Under the pieces are notes generated by a model that saw only the letters and a list, made by a program, of their open reading frames with translations, searched no databases and was not told where the DNA came from. A program made the position numbers and the translations under genes. From assembly GCA_965263195.1 (NCBI GenBank), contig OZ253664.1, forward strand, positions 3,893,045 to 3,957,044: 64,000 nt of DNA. The letters are read 5' to 3'. The DNA is from Vicinamibacterales bacterium. GTDB lineage: Bacteria; Acidobacteriota; Vicinamibacteria; Vicinamibacterales; UBA8438. Positions 1 to 9,380 of the stretch are shown one piece after another; the first letter of the stretch is position 1; the number at the start of each line of letters is the position of its first letter.

Positions 1-1
1 C

Positions 2-172
2 TACGCCGGCTTCTACAACGACCTGCTGATGCAGACCCACGAGGGACGGGCGGCCGGCCGCGGCGCCGCCGAGATCGTCCGCAGCTACGCGTTGCCCGAG
101 CGCTACTCCGACTTCGCGGCGCCCAACTACCGGCTCGAGCACCTCGTCCCGCTCATGCTCGAAGGCCGCTAG
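2..172 (+). CDS. 3' end of an unidentified protein-coding gene (partial at window edge)
   Basis: Frame 2 is open from the window edge to TAG at 170-172 (...EHLVPLMLEGR*). Only 56 codons are visible and no family is recognised. Confidence 0.4.
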   Translation, partial: YAGFYNDLLMQTHEGRAAGRGAAEIVRSYALPERYSDFAAPNYRLEHLVPLMLEGR

Positions 173-290
173 CGTCTGCCGGGGGTTCGGGGCGCAGCCC
201 CGAGTTCAAGTTGACGCCGTTCGCCGGAATGGGCGATCATGCTCGGACGCATGATCGTGTCTGCCCCGCAACCATGGGTTTCCGCAGCAA

Positions 291-367
291 AGGCGCGTAG
301 CTCAGTTGGTTAGAGCGCCTGCTTGACATGCAGGAGGTCGGCGGTTCAAGTCCGCCCGTGCCTACCA
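291..367 (+). tRNA. tRNA-Val (anticodon GAC), CCA encoded
   Basis: 77-nt cloverleaf read by eye: acceptor AGGCGCG/CGTGCCT (one G-U), D-arm TAGCTCAGTTGGTTAGAGC, anticodon stem CCTGC/GCAGG with loop TTGACAT (anticodon GAC), T-arm GGCGGTTCAAGTCCGCC, then A-CCA. Confidence 0.93.
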
Positions 368-419
368 TGCCTTTCTCATCCCGCCGGACACCGGCATTCA
401 ACGACGCAATTACCACCGC

Positions 420-2345
420 ATGAGTCAGGTCACCGTCAGCACGCCGGATGGATCCACCCGGAGCGTGCCGGCCGGCACCCCGGTCCGGGACGTGGCGGCC
501 GGGATCTCGCCGCGGCTGGCCCGCGAGGCGCTGGCGGCGTACGTGGACGAGCGGATGGTCGACCTGTCGTATCCGCTCGACAGCGACGTGTCGCTCATGG
601 TGGTGACCCCCAGGACGCCGGGCGCGCTGGCGCTGTACCGCCACAGCACCGCGCATCTGCTGGCGGCGGCGGTGACCACCCTGTTCCCGGAAGCGCAGTG
701 CGGCATCGGCCCGCCGACCGAAGAGGGCTTTTTCTACGACTTCATCGTCCACCGCCCGTTCGTCCCCGAGGACCTCGCGGCCATCGAGGAGAAGATGCGC
801 GAGCTGGCGTCGCGCGACCTGGCGTACGAACGGAAGATGCTGCCGAAGGCCGACGCCAAGGCGTACTTCGCCGACCGGGGCGAGCCGCTCAAGGTGCAGC
901 TGATCGAGGAGAAGGGCGGCGACGTCGTCTCGTGCTACACCATCGAGGACGCCTTCATCGACTTCTGCACCGGGCCGCACGTGCCGTCCACCGGCCGCCT
1001 CAAGGCCTTCAAGGTGCTGAGCAGCTCGAACGCCTACTGGAAGGGCGACGCCGCCAACCAGCCGATGCAGCGGATCTACGGCACCGCGTTCTTCAAGCGG
1101 TCCGCGCTCGACGAGCACCTGAACCGGCTGGAAGAAGCGAAGAAGCGCGACCACCGCAAGCTGGGGCGCGAGCTGGGGCTGTTCATGTTCCACCACTGGG
1201 CGCCCGGCGCGCCGTTCTGGCTGCCGAAGGGGGCGTTGCTGTACGGCCTGCTCTCCGATTACATGCGCGGCAGGCTGGCCTCGGGCGGCTATCAGGAAGT
1301 GCGCACGCCGCTGGTGTTCAACAAGCAGCTCTGGGAGACGTCCGGGCACTGGGAGCACTACCGCGAGAACATGTTCCTCGTGGAGTCGGAGCACGAGCCG
1401 TTCGGCCTGAAGGCGATGAACTGCCCCGGCCACATGCTGATCTTCGCCAGCCAGATGCGCAGCTACCGCGAGCTGCCGCTGCGCATCGCCGACCAGGGGG
1501 TGCTGCACCGCCAGGAGGCGTCCGGCGTGCTGTCGGGGCTGACGCGCGTGCGGCAGTTCGCGCAGGACGACGCCCACTGCTTCGTCGCCGAGGAGCAGAT
1601 CGGCGCGGAGGTCGAGCGGCTGCTGCGGCTGGTGGACGGCGTGTACGCCGACTTCGGCCTGCGCTACACGACCGAGCTGTCGACCCGCCCGGAAGACCAT
1701 CTGGGCGACGTCGCCACCTGGGACCGCGCGGAGGCGCAGCTGCGCCAGGCGCTGGAGGCGTCCGGCCGGCCGTTTGCCCTCTCCGAGGGCGAAGGCAACT
1801 TCTACGGTCCGAAGATCGACTTCCACGTCATGGACGCCATCGGCCGCAAGTGGCAGTGCGCGACCATCCAGCTCGACTACCAGCTCCCGCAGCGGTTCAA
1901 CCTGAAATACGTGGGCGCCGACAACACCGAGCATCGTCCGGTGGTGATCCACCGCGCCATCTTCGGCAGCTTCGAGCGCTTCATCGCGCTGCTGATCGAG
2001 CACTACGCGGGCGGCTTCCCGCTGTGGCTGGCGCCGGTGCAGGCCGTGGTGCTGCCGATCGCCGATCGCCACGCGGAGTACGCCGACACGGTCCGGGAAC
2101 AATTGGCCGCGGCCGGCCTGCGGGTCGATCTGGATGCCCGCCAGGAAAAGATCGGGTATAAGATCCGCGAGGCGCAGATCGGCAAGGTGCCCTACATGCT
2201 GGTGGCCGGCGACCGCGAAGCGGCTGCCGGCACGATTGCCGTGCGGACGCGCGGCGGCGGGGACCAGGGGGCGCAGCCGGTCGGTGCGTTCATCGCAGCG
2301 GCCCTCGACGAGATACAGCGCAAGGCGCTGGCGGCCGAAAGATAG
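420..2345 (+). CDS. thrS: threonine--tRNA ligase
   Basis: 641-aa ORF with ThrRS-type N-terminal TGS/editing region (HSTAHLLAAAV, FYYDF) and class II catalytic core. It heads the canonical thrS-infC-rpmI-rplT-pheST cluster. Confidence 0.95.
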   Translation: MSQVTVSTPDGSTRSVPAGTPVRDVAAGISPRLAREALAAYVDERMVDLSYPLDSDVSLMVVTPRTPGALALYRHSTAHLLAAAVTTLFPEAQCGIGPPTEEGFFYDFIVHRPFVPEDLAAIEEKMRELASRDLAYERKMLPKADAKAYFADRGEPLKVQLIEEKGGDVVSCYTIEDAFIDFCTGPHVPSTGRLKAFKVLSSSNAYWKGDAANQPMQRIYGTAFFKRSALDEHLNRLEEAKKRDHRKLGRELGLFMFHHWAPGAPFWLPKGALLYGLLSDYMRGRLASGGYQEVRTPLVFNKQLWETSGHWEHYRENMFLVESEHEPFGLKAMNCPGHMLIFASQMRSYRELPLRIADQGVLHRQEASGVLSGLTRVRQFAQDDAHCFVAEEQIGAEVERLLRLVDGVYADFGLRYTTELSTRPEDHLGDVATWDRAEAQLRQALEASGRPFALSEGEGNFYGPKIDFHVMDAIGRKWQCATIQLDYQLPQRFNLKYVGADNTEHRPVVIHRAIFGSFERFIALLIEHYAGGFPLWLAPVQAVVLPIADRHAEYADTVREQLAAAGLRVDLDARQEKIGYKIREAQIGKVPYMLVAGDREAAAGTIAVRTRGGGDQGAQPVGAFIAAALDEIQRKALAAER

Positions 2346-2369
2346 AATTCGAGTGGAAGGGAGACTGTC

Positions 2370-2930
2370 ATAGGGTTCGCAAGAGGACCGAAGCGGGATT
2401 TCCGTGCCAATCGAACCCGGACCAACGAGCGGATCCGGGTACGCGAGATTCGCGTCATCGACGACACGGGCGGACAGCTCGGCGTGATGTCGCCCCAGCA
2501 GGCGCTGGTCATCGCCCGCGAGAAGGGGCTCGACCTCGTGGAGGTTTCCCCCACCGCGATGCCGCCGGTCTGCCGGATAACCGATTACGGGCGGTATCAG
2601 TACCTGGAGCACAAGCGCACCCGGGAAGCCAAGAAGAACCAGAAGACGATCGAGGTCAAGGAGATCAAGTTCCGTCCGAAGGTGGACGAGCACGACTATC
2701 AGTTCAAGAAGAAGCACGTGGAACGGTTCCTCGCCCACGGGGACAAGGTGAAGGCGACCATCTTCTTCCGCGGCCGGGAGATGGCGCATCCCGAGCTGGG
2801 CCGGCTCATCCTGGAGCGGCTCGTGGAAGAACTGGGCGAGACGGTGGTACAGGAAACGATCCCGCGCATGGAAGGCAACCAGATGCACACCATTCTGAGC
2901 AGCCGATCGGTTGCCCGGAAGGGACGCTAG
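2370..2930 (+). CDS. infC: translation initiation factor IF-3, non-canonical ATA start
   Basis: The track ORF begins at 2484, but the frame is open back to the thrS stop and encodes the conserved IF-3 N-terminus (...[25 protein letters not shown]...). The only plausible initiator is ATA 2370-2372, 6 nt after Shine-Dalgarno (SD) GGAAGGGAG (2355-2363). Confidence 0.85.
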   Translation: MGFARGPKRDFRANRTRTNERIRVREIRVIDDTGGQLGVMSPQQALVIAREKGLDLVEVSPTAMPPVCRITDYGRYQYLEHKRTREAKKNQKTIEVKEIKFRPKVDEHDYQFKKKHVERFLAHGDKVKATIFFRGREMAHPELGRLILERLVEELGETVVQETIPRMEGNQMHTILSSRSVARKGR

Positions 2931-2934
2931 ACAG

Positions 2935-3132
2935 ATGCCCAAACTGAAGACACACCGCGGAGCGGCCAAGCGGTTCAATACGACCGGCACTGGCAAGGTC
3001 CGACGCGCCAAGGCGTTCAAGCAGCACATCCTGACGAGCAAGACCGCCAAGCGGCGGCGGGGACTGCGCGGCACCACGATGGCGGACAAAGCCGACGTCC
3101 CGCGCCTCAAGCGGATGATTCCGTACAAATAG
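2935..3132 (+). CDS. rpmI: 50S ribosomal protein L35
   Basis: [14 protein letters not shown]... from ATG 2935 (65 aa). The track ORF starts 8 codons upstream inside infC. Confidence 0.93.
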   Translation: MPKLKTHRGAAKRFNTTGTGKVRRAKAFKQHILTSKTAKRRRGLRGTTMADKADVPRLKRMIPYK

Positions 3133-3165
3133 CCCCGGACCGGAACCGGGTAGCGGGAGTAGGAC

Positions 3166-3522
3166 ATGCCCCGAGTGAAACGAGGCAGCCTGCGGCGCAA
3201 CAAGCGGCGGCGCCTGCTGGCGAGAGCCAAGGGTTTCTATCAGACCAAGAGCAAGCTGTACCGCGCGGCGAAAGAAGCGGTGGAGACGTCGCTCGTCTAC
3301 GCATTCGTCGGGCGGCGGCGCAAGAAGCGCGACTTCCGCCGCCTCTGGGTGATCCGCATCAACGCGGCCGCCCACCTGCACGACCTCAGCTACAGCCAGT
3401 TCATGCACGGCCTCAAGCTGGCCGGCATCGGCCTCGACCGCAAGGCGCTCGCCGACCTCGCGGTGCAGGACCCGGCCGCGTTCGCGCATATCGCCGCCCA
3501 GGCGCGCGAAGCCCGGGCCTAG
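3166..3522 (+). CDS. rplT: 50S ribosomal protein L20
   Basis: 118 aa, [39 protein letters not shown]..., a typical L20. SD GGAGTAGG lies upstream. Confidence 0.95.
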   Translation: MPRVKRGSLRRNKRRRLLARAKGFYQTKSKLYRAAKEAVETSLVYAFVGRRRKKRDFRRLWVIRINAAAHLHDLSYSQFMHGLKLAGIGLDRKALADLAVQDPAAFAHIAAQAREARA

Positions 3523-3534
3523 CAGCCCGCGCCC

Positions 3535-4590
3535 GTGGTGAATATACCCCCCGAGGTGAGCGCGCTGCGGGCGGCGTTCCGCGCGGAGCTAGCCCGCGCC
3601 GCGACCGCGCGCGACCTGCAGGACCTCCGCGACCGTTACCTCGGGCGCAAGCGCGGCCGGCTCGTCGCGCTGCTCAAGACGCTCGCCAGCGTTCCGCCCG
3701 ACCGGCGGCGGACGCTCGGCCAGGCCGCCAACACGCTCAAGCAGGAGATCGACGGCGAGCTCACGGCGCGCCGCGCGGCGGCTGCGCGGCGGCGGGGGCC
3801 GGCGGGCGCGGTCGACGTGACGCTGCCCGGGCGCGCCCCGGCGCTGGGCCACCGGCATCCGCTCTCGCTCATCCGTGAAGAGATCGAATCCATCTTCTCC
3901 GCCATCGGCTTCGAGATCCTGGAGGGCCCCGAGGCGGAGGACGACTACCACAACTTCGAAGCGCTCAACATGCCGGCGGCGCACCCGGCGCGCGACATGC
4001 AGGACACGCTGTACCTCGACGGCTCGATCCCGGCGCCCGGCGGCGGGCGGCCGGCGACCCTGCTGCGCACGCACACCTCCGGGATGCAGATCCGCTACAT
4101 GGAGACGCATGAGCCGCCGATCCGGATCATCGCGCCCGGCCTGGTGTACCGCCGCGACACGCCGGATCTGACCCATTCGCCGATGTTCCAGCAGGTCGAG
4201 GGGCTGCTGGTGGGCGAGACCGTCACGATGGGCGACCTCAAGGGCACGCTGGCGCATTTCCTCCGCGCGCTATTCGACGAGGACATCCGCGTGGAATTCC
4301 GGCCCAGCTTCTTTCCGTACACCGAGCCGAGCACCGAGGTGTTCATCACCTGCGTCTTCTGCCGCGGCGGCGGCTGCGCCGTCTGCAAGCAGACCGGGTG
4401 GATCGAGATCCTGGGCGCCGGCATGGTGCACCCGGCGGTGTTCGAGGCGGTCGGCTACGACCCGGAGCGGTTCACCGGCTGGGCGTTCGGCGTCGGCATC
4501 GACCGCGTGGCGCTGTTGAAGTACCGCGTCGACGACATCCGGCGCTTCTACGGCAACGACCTCCATCTGCTGGAGCAGTTCCCCTCTTGA
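3535..4590 (+). CDS. pheS: phenylalanine--tRNA ligase alpha subunit
   Basis: 351 aa with GTG start. Class II core present (HPARDMQDTLY, FRPSFFPYTEPS, GWAFGVGIDRVALLKY). Confidence 0.95.
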   Translation: MVNIPPEVSALRAAFRAELARAATARDLQDLRDRYLGRKRGRLVALLKTLASVPPDRRRTLGQAANTLKQEIDGELTARRAAAARRRGPAGAVDVTLPGRAPALGHRHPLSLIREEIESIFSAIGFEILEGPEAEDDYHNFEALNMPAAHPARDMQDTLYLDGSIPAPGGGRPATLLRTHTSGMQIRYMETHEPPIRIIAPGLVYRRDTPDLTHSPMFQQVEGLLVGETVTMGDLKGTLAHFLRALFDEDIRVEFRPSFFPYTEPSTEVFITCVFCRGGGCAVCKQTGWIEILGAGMVHPAVFEAVGYDPERFTGWAFGVGIDRVALLKYRVDDIRRFYGNDLHLLEQFPS

Positions 4591-6704
4591 AGATCCTGGT
4601 CTCCTGGCTGCGGGAGTTCGTCGCGGCCGACGCCGACCCGCGCGACCTGGCCGACGCCCTCACGATGCGCGGGTTCGAGGTGTCCGACATTGCCGCGGCG
4701 CCCGGCGGCGCCGCGGGGGACGCGGTGCTCGACCTGGAGATCACCACCAACCGGCCGGACTGCCTGAGCGTGCGCGGCGTCGCGCGCGAGGTGTCGACCA
4801 TCTACGGCCTGCCATTGCTGGACGGCGCCCAGCCGGCGGACGCGGAGGGGGACGGGCACGGCGGCGACGGGGGCGACGTAGAGCTGCCGATCACCATCGA
4901 GAGCCCCGACCTGTGCCCGCGCTACGCGGCGGCGGTGGACGACGTGACCATCGGCCCCTCGCCCGCGTGGCTCGCCGCGCGGCTGGAAGCCGCCGGCATG
5001 CGGCCAATCAACAACGTCGTCGACGCCACCAACTACGTGATGCTGGAGCTGGGACAGCCGCTGCACGCCTTCGACCTGGCGCGTCTGGCCGGCCCGGCGC
5101 TCCGCATCCGGCGGGCGGCGCCCGGAGAATCGCTCCGCACGCTCGACGGCCGCGACCACGCGCTCGACCCGGAGATGCTGGTGATTGCCGACGCGGAGCG
5201 GCCGCAGGCGCTGGCCGGCGTGATGGGCGGCGCCGCGTCGGAGGTGTCGCAGGCCACGCGCACCGTCGTGCTGGAAAGCGCCTGGTTCGAGCCGGTCTCG
5301 GTGCGGCGCAGCAGCAAGCGCACCGCGCTGTCCACCGACGCGTCGTTCCGCTTCGAGCGGGGCACCGACAGCGAGACGCCCGTGGCCGCGCTGCGGCGGC
5401 TCAGGCGGCTGCTCGCCGACATCGCCGGCGGGCGGGCGCGCGGGCCGATCGCCGACCGCTATCCGGCGCCGCGCGCCGGCGCGGTCATCACCCTGCGCCA
5501 CGCCCGGGTGGGCCGCGTGCTCGGCGTCGACGTCGACCCGGCGTTCATCCCGCTCACACTGCGGCGGCTCGGATTCGGGGTGGACGGCGCGGACGACGCC
5601 AGGACCTGGGCCGTGACCGTCCCGACGCACCGGGTGGACGTCAGCCGCGAGGTGGACCTGATCGAGGAGATCGCCCGGCACTACGGCTACGACCGCCTGC
5701 CGTCCACGTTTCCGGCGCTCGCGCGCCCGGCCGCGCAGCCGGGCGGGTGGCTGCGGCGCAACCGGCTCCTCACGCGCCTGCTGACGGCCGGCGGCTGCTC
5801 CGAGGCGTTCACCTACACGTTCATCGAACGGGCGGCGGCCGAGCCGTTCGCCGCGGACGCGGCCGAGATCGTGCCGCTCGCCAATCCGCTGTCGGAGAAG
5901 TTCACGGTCCTGCGGCCGTCGTTGCTGCCCGGCCTGATCGACGCGGCCGTGCACAACCGCCGGCACGGACATCACGACATCCGGCTGTTCGAGATCGGCA
6001 AGCGCTTCAGCCGCAGCGGCGGCGAGGCGGCCGCCGCCGGCATCGTCGTGACCGGCGCCGGCGCGCCGCCGCATTGGAGCAGCGCCACCCGCGAGGCGGA
6101 TCTGTTCGACGTCACGGGCATCGTCGAACGGGTGTGCGAGGCGCTCGGCGTCGCGGCGGCGTTCGAGAGCGCGGGCGCGGGCGCACCGTTCGTGGCCGGG
6201 CGCACGGCGGTCATCCACGGACGGTCGCACGACGGACGCGAGGAGACTATCGGCCGGGCGGGCCGGATAGACCCGGCGCTGGCGACCGGACGCGGCTTTC
6301 CGGCGGCGGGCGGCGCGCTGCTTGCCGCCGAGCTGAACCTGCAGGCGCTCGACCGGCTGGCGGCCGACCGCGGACCGCTGCACGCATCGCCGCTGCCGCG
6401 CCATCCGTCGATTGTCCGCGACCTCGCGGTGGTGGTCGACGCCGCCTTGTCCGCGCGCGCGGTTCGTGACACGATCCGGGCGGCGGCGGCGCGGACGCTC
6501 GTCGGCGTTCGCGAGTTCGATCGCTACGCGGGCAAGGAGATCCCCGACGGCCGTGTGAGCCTCGCCTTCCATTTGACGTTCCGGGCGCCCGATCGCACCT
6601 TGACGGATGCCGAGGTAACGCGAACCATGGCAGACATCGTGCAGCGCCTGACCGCAGAGCATGGCGCGGCGTTGCGCAAGGATGGGAGTGAGAGCGATGG
6701 ATGA
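4587..6704 (+). CDS. pheT: phenylalanine--tRNA ligase beta subunit
   Basis: True start is TTG 4587, overlapping the pheS stop (cTTGA) and giving (M)KILVSWLREFV..., the canonical PheT N-terminus. The track ORF from 4398 is an upstream extension inside pheS. Confidence 0.93.
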   Translation: MKILVSWLREFVAADADPRDLADALTMRGFEVSDIAAAPGGAAGDAVLDLEITTNRPDCLSVRGVAREVSTIYGLPLLDGAQPADAEGDGHGGDGGDVELPITIESPDLCPRYAAAVDDVTIGPSPAWLAARLEAAGMRPINNVVDATNYVMLELGQPLHAFDLARLAGPALRIRRAAPGESLRTLDGRDHALDPEMLVIADAERPQALAGVMGGAASEVSQATRTVVLESAWFEPVSVRRSSKRTALSTDASFRFERGTDSETPVAALRRLRRLLADIAGGRARGPIADRYPAPRAGAVITLRHARVGRVLGVDVDPAFIPLTLRRLGFGVDGADDARTWAVTVPTHRVDVSREVDLIEEIARHYGYDRLPSTFPALARPAAQPGGWLRRNRLLTRLLTAGGCSEAFTYTFIERAAAEPFAADAAEIVPLANPLSEKFTVLRPSLLPGLIDAAVHNRRHGHHDIRLFEIGKRFSRSGGEAAAAGIVVTGAGAPPHWSSATREADLFDVTGIVERVCEALGVAAAFESAGAGAPFVAGRTAVIHGRSHDGREETIGRAGRIDPALATGRGFPAAGGALLAAELNLQALDRLAADRGPLHASPLPRHPSIVRDLAVVVDAALSARAVRDTIRAAAARTLVGVREFDRYAGKEIPDGRVSLAFHLTFRAPDRTLTDAEVTRTMADIVQRLTAEHGAALRKDGSESDG

Positions 6705-7008
6705 GTCGGCACAGGCGCTTGACCTCGTACAGATCGAGCGGCTCGCGGAGAAGGTGAGGGGGTTGATCGACCAGCTGGAGCGAACCCGCTCCGCGCTGGC
6801 GGAGGCGAGCCAGGAGAACGCCTCCCTGCTCCGCGAAGTCGACGCGCTGCGCGCGCAGCTGGAACACGCGGGCGCGGCGCGGGCGGCGGAGTCGCAACGC
6901 CTGCTGGAAGAGCGGGAAGAGATCCGCGAGCGCGTTCAGCGGATGCTGCTGCAGCTCGAGACCATCGGCGCGTCCCTCGAGGATCAGGAAACGCTCAGCG
7001 AAGCATGA
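6697..7008 (+). CDS. ZapB-like coiled-coil cell-division protein
   Basis: MDESAQALDLVQIERLAEKVRGLIDQLERTRSAL... is all heptad coiled coil. ATG 6697 overlaps the pheT stop, and the gene ends overlapping the zapA start. Confidence 0.65.
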   Translation: MDESAQALDLVQIERLAEKVRGLIDQLERTRSALAEASQENASLLREVDALRAQLEHAGAARAAESQRLLEEREEIRERVQRMLLQLETIGASLEDQETLSEA

Positions 7009-7370
7009 CCAGCGCCCGCGCCGCGGACATCGTCACGGTAGAGATATTCGGCGGCCGGTATCCGGTCAGAAGCAACCTGAACGAGGAGTACGTCAAGCGG
7101 ATTGCGGAGTACGTCGACCGCAAGATGCACGCCGCGGCCGATCAGACGCGCGGCGGCGACAGCGTCCGCATCGCGGTGCTGGCGGCGCTCAACATCGCCG
7201 ACGAGCATTTCCGGCTGCTGGAGGCGCGCGGCGGCGGCAGCGACGCGCGCCGGCTGACGCTGGAGCTCGAAGAGCTGATCGACACCGCCCTCACCGGGAA
7301 GGCCCCCGCCGCGGACGAGTCCGACCAGCCCCAGGCGCCGTCCGCGGACGAGCCCGAAGCGCCGGTCTGA
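7005..7370 (+). CDS. zapA: cell division protein ZapA
   Basis: 121 aa. VTVEIFGGRYPVRSNLNEEYVKRIAEYVDRKM...IAVLAALNIADEHFRL matches the ZapA fold pattern. Confidence 0.85.
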   Translation: MTSARAADIVTVEIFGGRYPVRSNLNEEYVKRIAEYVDRKMHAAADQTRGGDSVRIAVLAALNIADEHFRLLEARGGGSDARRLTLELEELIDTALTGKAPAADESDQPQAPSADEPEAPV

Positions 7371-7780
7371 CACCTTGCCTGCGCTCCGGGTTCAAACTAA
7401 GATCGGGATACGGACGGAAGACGGCAACTGTTACGGCGGCTCGCGGACGGCGCTGACGGCCGGTCGCGGGTGGCCAGTGATTAAGGGTTTATCCCTGCTT
7501 TGTTTGTGATGGTCCGGGGGATCGCTTGAACCAACGCGATGACGATGAGAGCCGTGATACCTTGTGGTGTGCATGCCTCCGCGCGAGGAAGCCTGAAGCA
7601 GGGATTTCGTATCGGCTCGCCCTGCCGAGGCAGGTTCATGCGACCTCCCCACACGGCAACGCGGGGCCCTTTGGCGCTGCACCACTGACCGCGTCGAGCG
7701 CCGGCGCGCACTGTACCTGATCGCGGCCGGCACTCGGCGCTCGTCGAACGGCTGCCCGTGAGTCCGTCGGGACGACTCAC

Positions 7781-9364
7781 ATGGGCCAGTTCGCATCCAG
7801 CGTCACCCCCGCCGCCGTCGCCCTCCTGACGGGCCTCCTCCTGCTCTTCGTCTGGCTCGCCGCGCGGCGGTATGCCGCGCGGCAGATCACCGGCCGCGCC
7901 CGGGACGACGCCGAGCGCCTGTTGCGCGACGCCGAGGCGAAGCAGAAGGAACTGCTGCTCGCGGCCAAGGAAGAGTCGCACACGCTGCGCCAGGCAACCG
8001 AGGCGGAGGCCCGCAAGATACGCGCGCAGGCGGCCGCTGACGAGCAGGCGCTGGCGGCGCGCAAACGCGCGCAGGAAGACCGTGACAGGGCGCTTGCCGA
8101 GCGCACCTCCGCGGCCACGCAGAAGGACCAGGAGCTGGGCCGGCGCGAGGCGTCGCTGCGCGAGCGGGAGGCGACCGCGACCGCACGCGCCGAACGCTAC
8201 GAGCAGCTGGGCGCGGAGCGGCAGCGGGAGCTGCAGCGGGTGTCCGGGATGACCGCCGACGAGGCGAAGGACGTGCTGATCCGCCAGATCGAGTCGGATG
8301 CGCGCCGCGACGCCGCGAACCTGGTGAAGCGGCTGGAGCACGAGGCGCGCGAAACGGCCGCCGAAAAAGCGCGCCAGATCATCACGCAGGCCATCCAGCG
8401 CAGCGCGGCCGAGCACGCCATCGAGGCCACCGTCTCCGTGGTCGACCTGCCCAGCGACGACCTCAAGGGACGCATCATCGGCCGCGAGGGGCGCAACATC
8501 CGCGCCCTGGAGAACGCCACCGGCGTGGAGCTGATCGTCGACGACACCCCCGAGGCGATCATCCTGTCGAGCTTCGACCCGTACCGGCGGACCATCGCCA
8601 AGCAGGCCATCGAGCAGTTGGTGGCCGACGGCCGCATCCACCCGGCGCGGATCGAGGAAGTGGTCGCGAAGGTTACCGCCGAGCTCGACGAGTCGACCCG
8701 CAAGGAGGGCGAGACGGCCGGGTTCGAGCTGGGGCTGCACGACATGCATCCGGAGATCTACCGGCTGATGGGGCGGCTGAAGTTCCGCACCAGCTACGGG
8801 CAGAACGTCCTGGCGCATTCCAAGGAGGTGGCCTACCTGGCCGGGGTGATGGCCCGCGAGGTGGGCCTGGACGCGCACGTCTGCGTGCGCGCCGCCTTCG
8901 TGCACGACATCGGCAAGGCGATGGACCGCGACCTCGAGGGCACCCACCTGCAGCTGGGCATCGCCTTCCTCCGGCAGCACGGCGAGAGTGACGCGGTGGT
9001 GGATGCGATGGCCGCCCACCACATGGACATCGACTGGCCGTCGCTCGAGGCGATGATCGTGCAGGCGGCCGACGCCGTGTCGGCGGCGCGGCCCGGCGCG
9101 CGGCGCGACATCCTCGAGTCGTACGTCAAGCGCCTGGAGAAGCTCGAAGAGATTGCCGACTCGTTCAAGGGCGTCAACAAGGCGTTCGCGCTGCAGGCCG
9201 GACGCGAGATCCGGATCATGGTCGAGAGCGGGCAGGTGTCCGACGAGGAGGCCATCTGGCTGTCCAAGGACATCGCGAAGCGGATCGAGAACGAGCTGGA
9301 GTACCCCGGGCAGATCAAGGTCACGGTGATTCGCGAGACCCGCGCCATCGACTACGCCCGTTAG
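7781..9364 (+). CDS. rny: ribonuclease Y
   Basis: 527 aa: N-terminal TM helix, long charged coiled coil, KH domain (GRIIGREGRNIRALE), HD domain (HSKEVAYLAGVMA...FVHDIGKA). Confidence 0.95.
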   Translation: MGQFASSVTPAAVALLTGLLLLFVWLAARRYAARQITGRARDDAERLLRDAEAKQKELLLAAKEESHTLRQATEAEARKIRAQAAADEQALAARKRAQEDRDRALAERTSAATQKDQELGRREASLREREATATARAERYEQLGAERQRELQRVSGMTADEAKDVLIRQIESDARRDAANLVKRLEHEARETAAEKARQIITQAIQRSAAEHAIEATVSVVDLPSDDLKGRIIGREGRNIRALENATGVELIVDDTPEAIILSSFDPYRRTIAKQAIEQLVADGRIHPARIEEVVAKVTAELDESTRKEGETAGFELGLHDMHPEIYRLMGRLKFRTSYGQNVLAHSKEVAYLAGVMAREVGLDAHVCVRAAFVHDIGKAMDRDLEGTHLQLGIAFLRQHGESDAVVDAMAAHHMDIDWPSLEAMIVQAADAVSAARPGARRDILESYVKRLEKLEEIADSFKGVNKAFALQAGREIRIMVESGQVSDEEAIWLSKDIAKRIENELEYPGQIKVTVIRETRAIDYAR

Positions 9365-9380
9365 CCTTCCCCGCAAGCCC

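Noticed and set aside
237-3230. Very long antisense or alternate-frame ORFs, e.g. 237-3230 minus (997 aa), 4548-6662 minus, 7481-9904 minus, 19052-20959 minus, 10487-12733 plus, and the 12304-14127 part of the LysM ORF
   Set aside because: They lie opposite or out of frame to genes with unmistakable family signatures. Their Arg/Ala/Gly/Pro-rich, low-complexity composition is typical of stop-poor shadow frames in GC-rich DNA.
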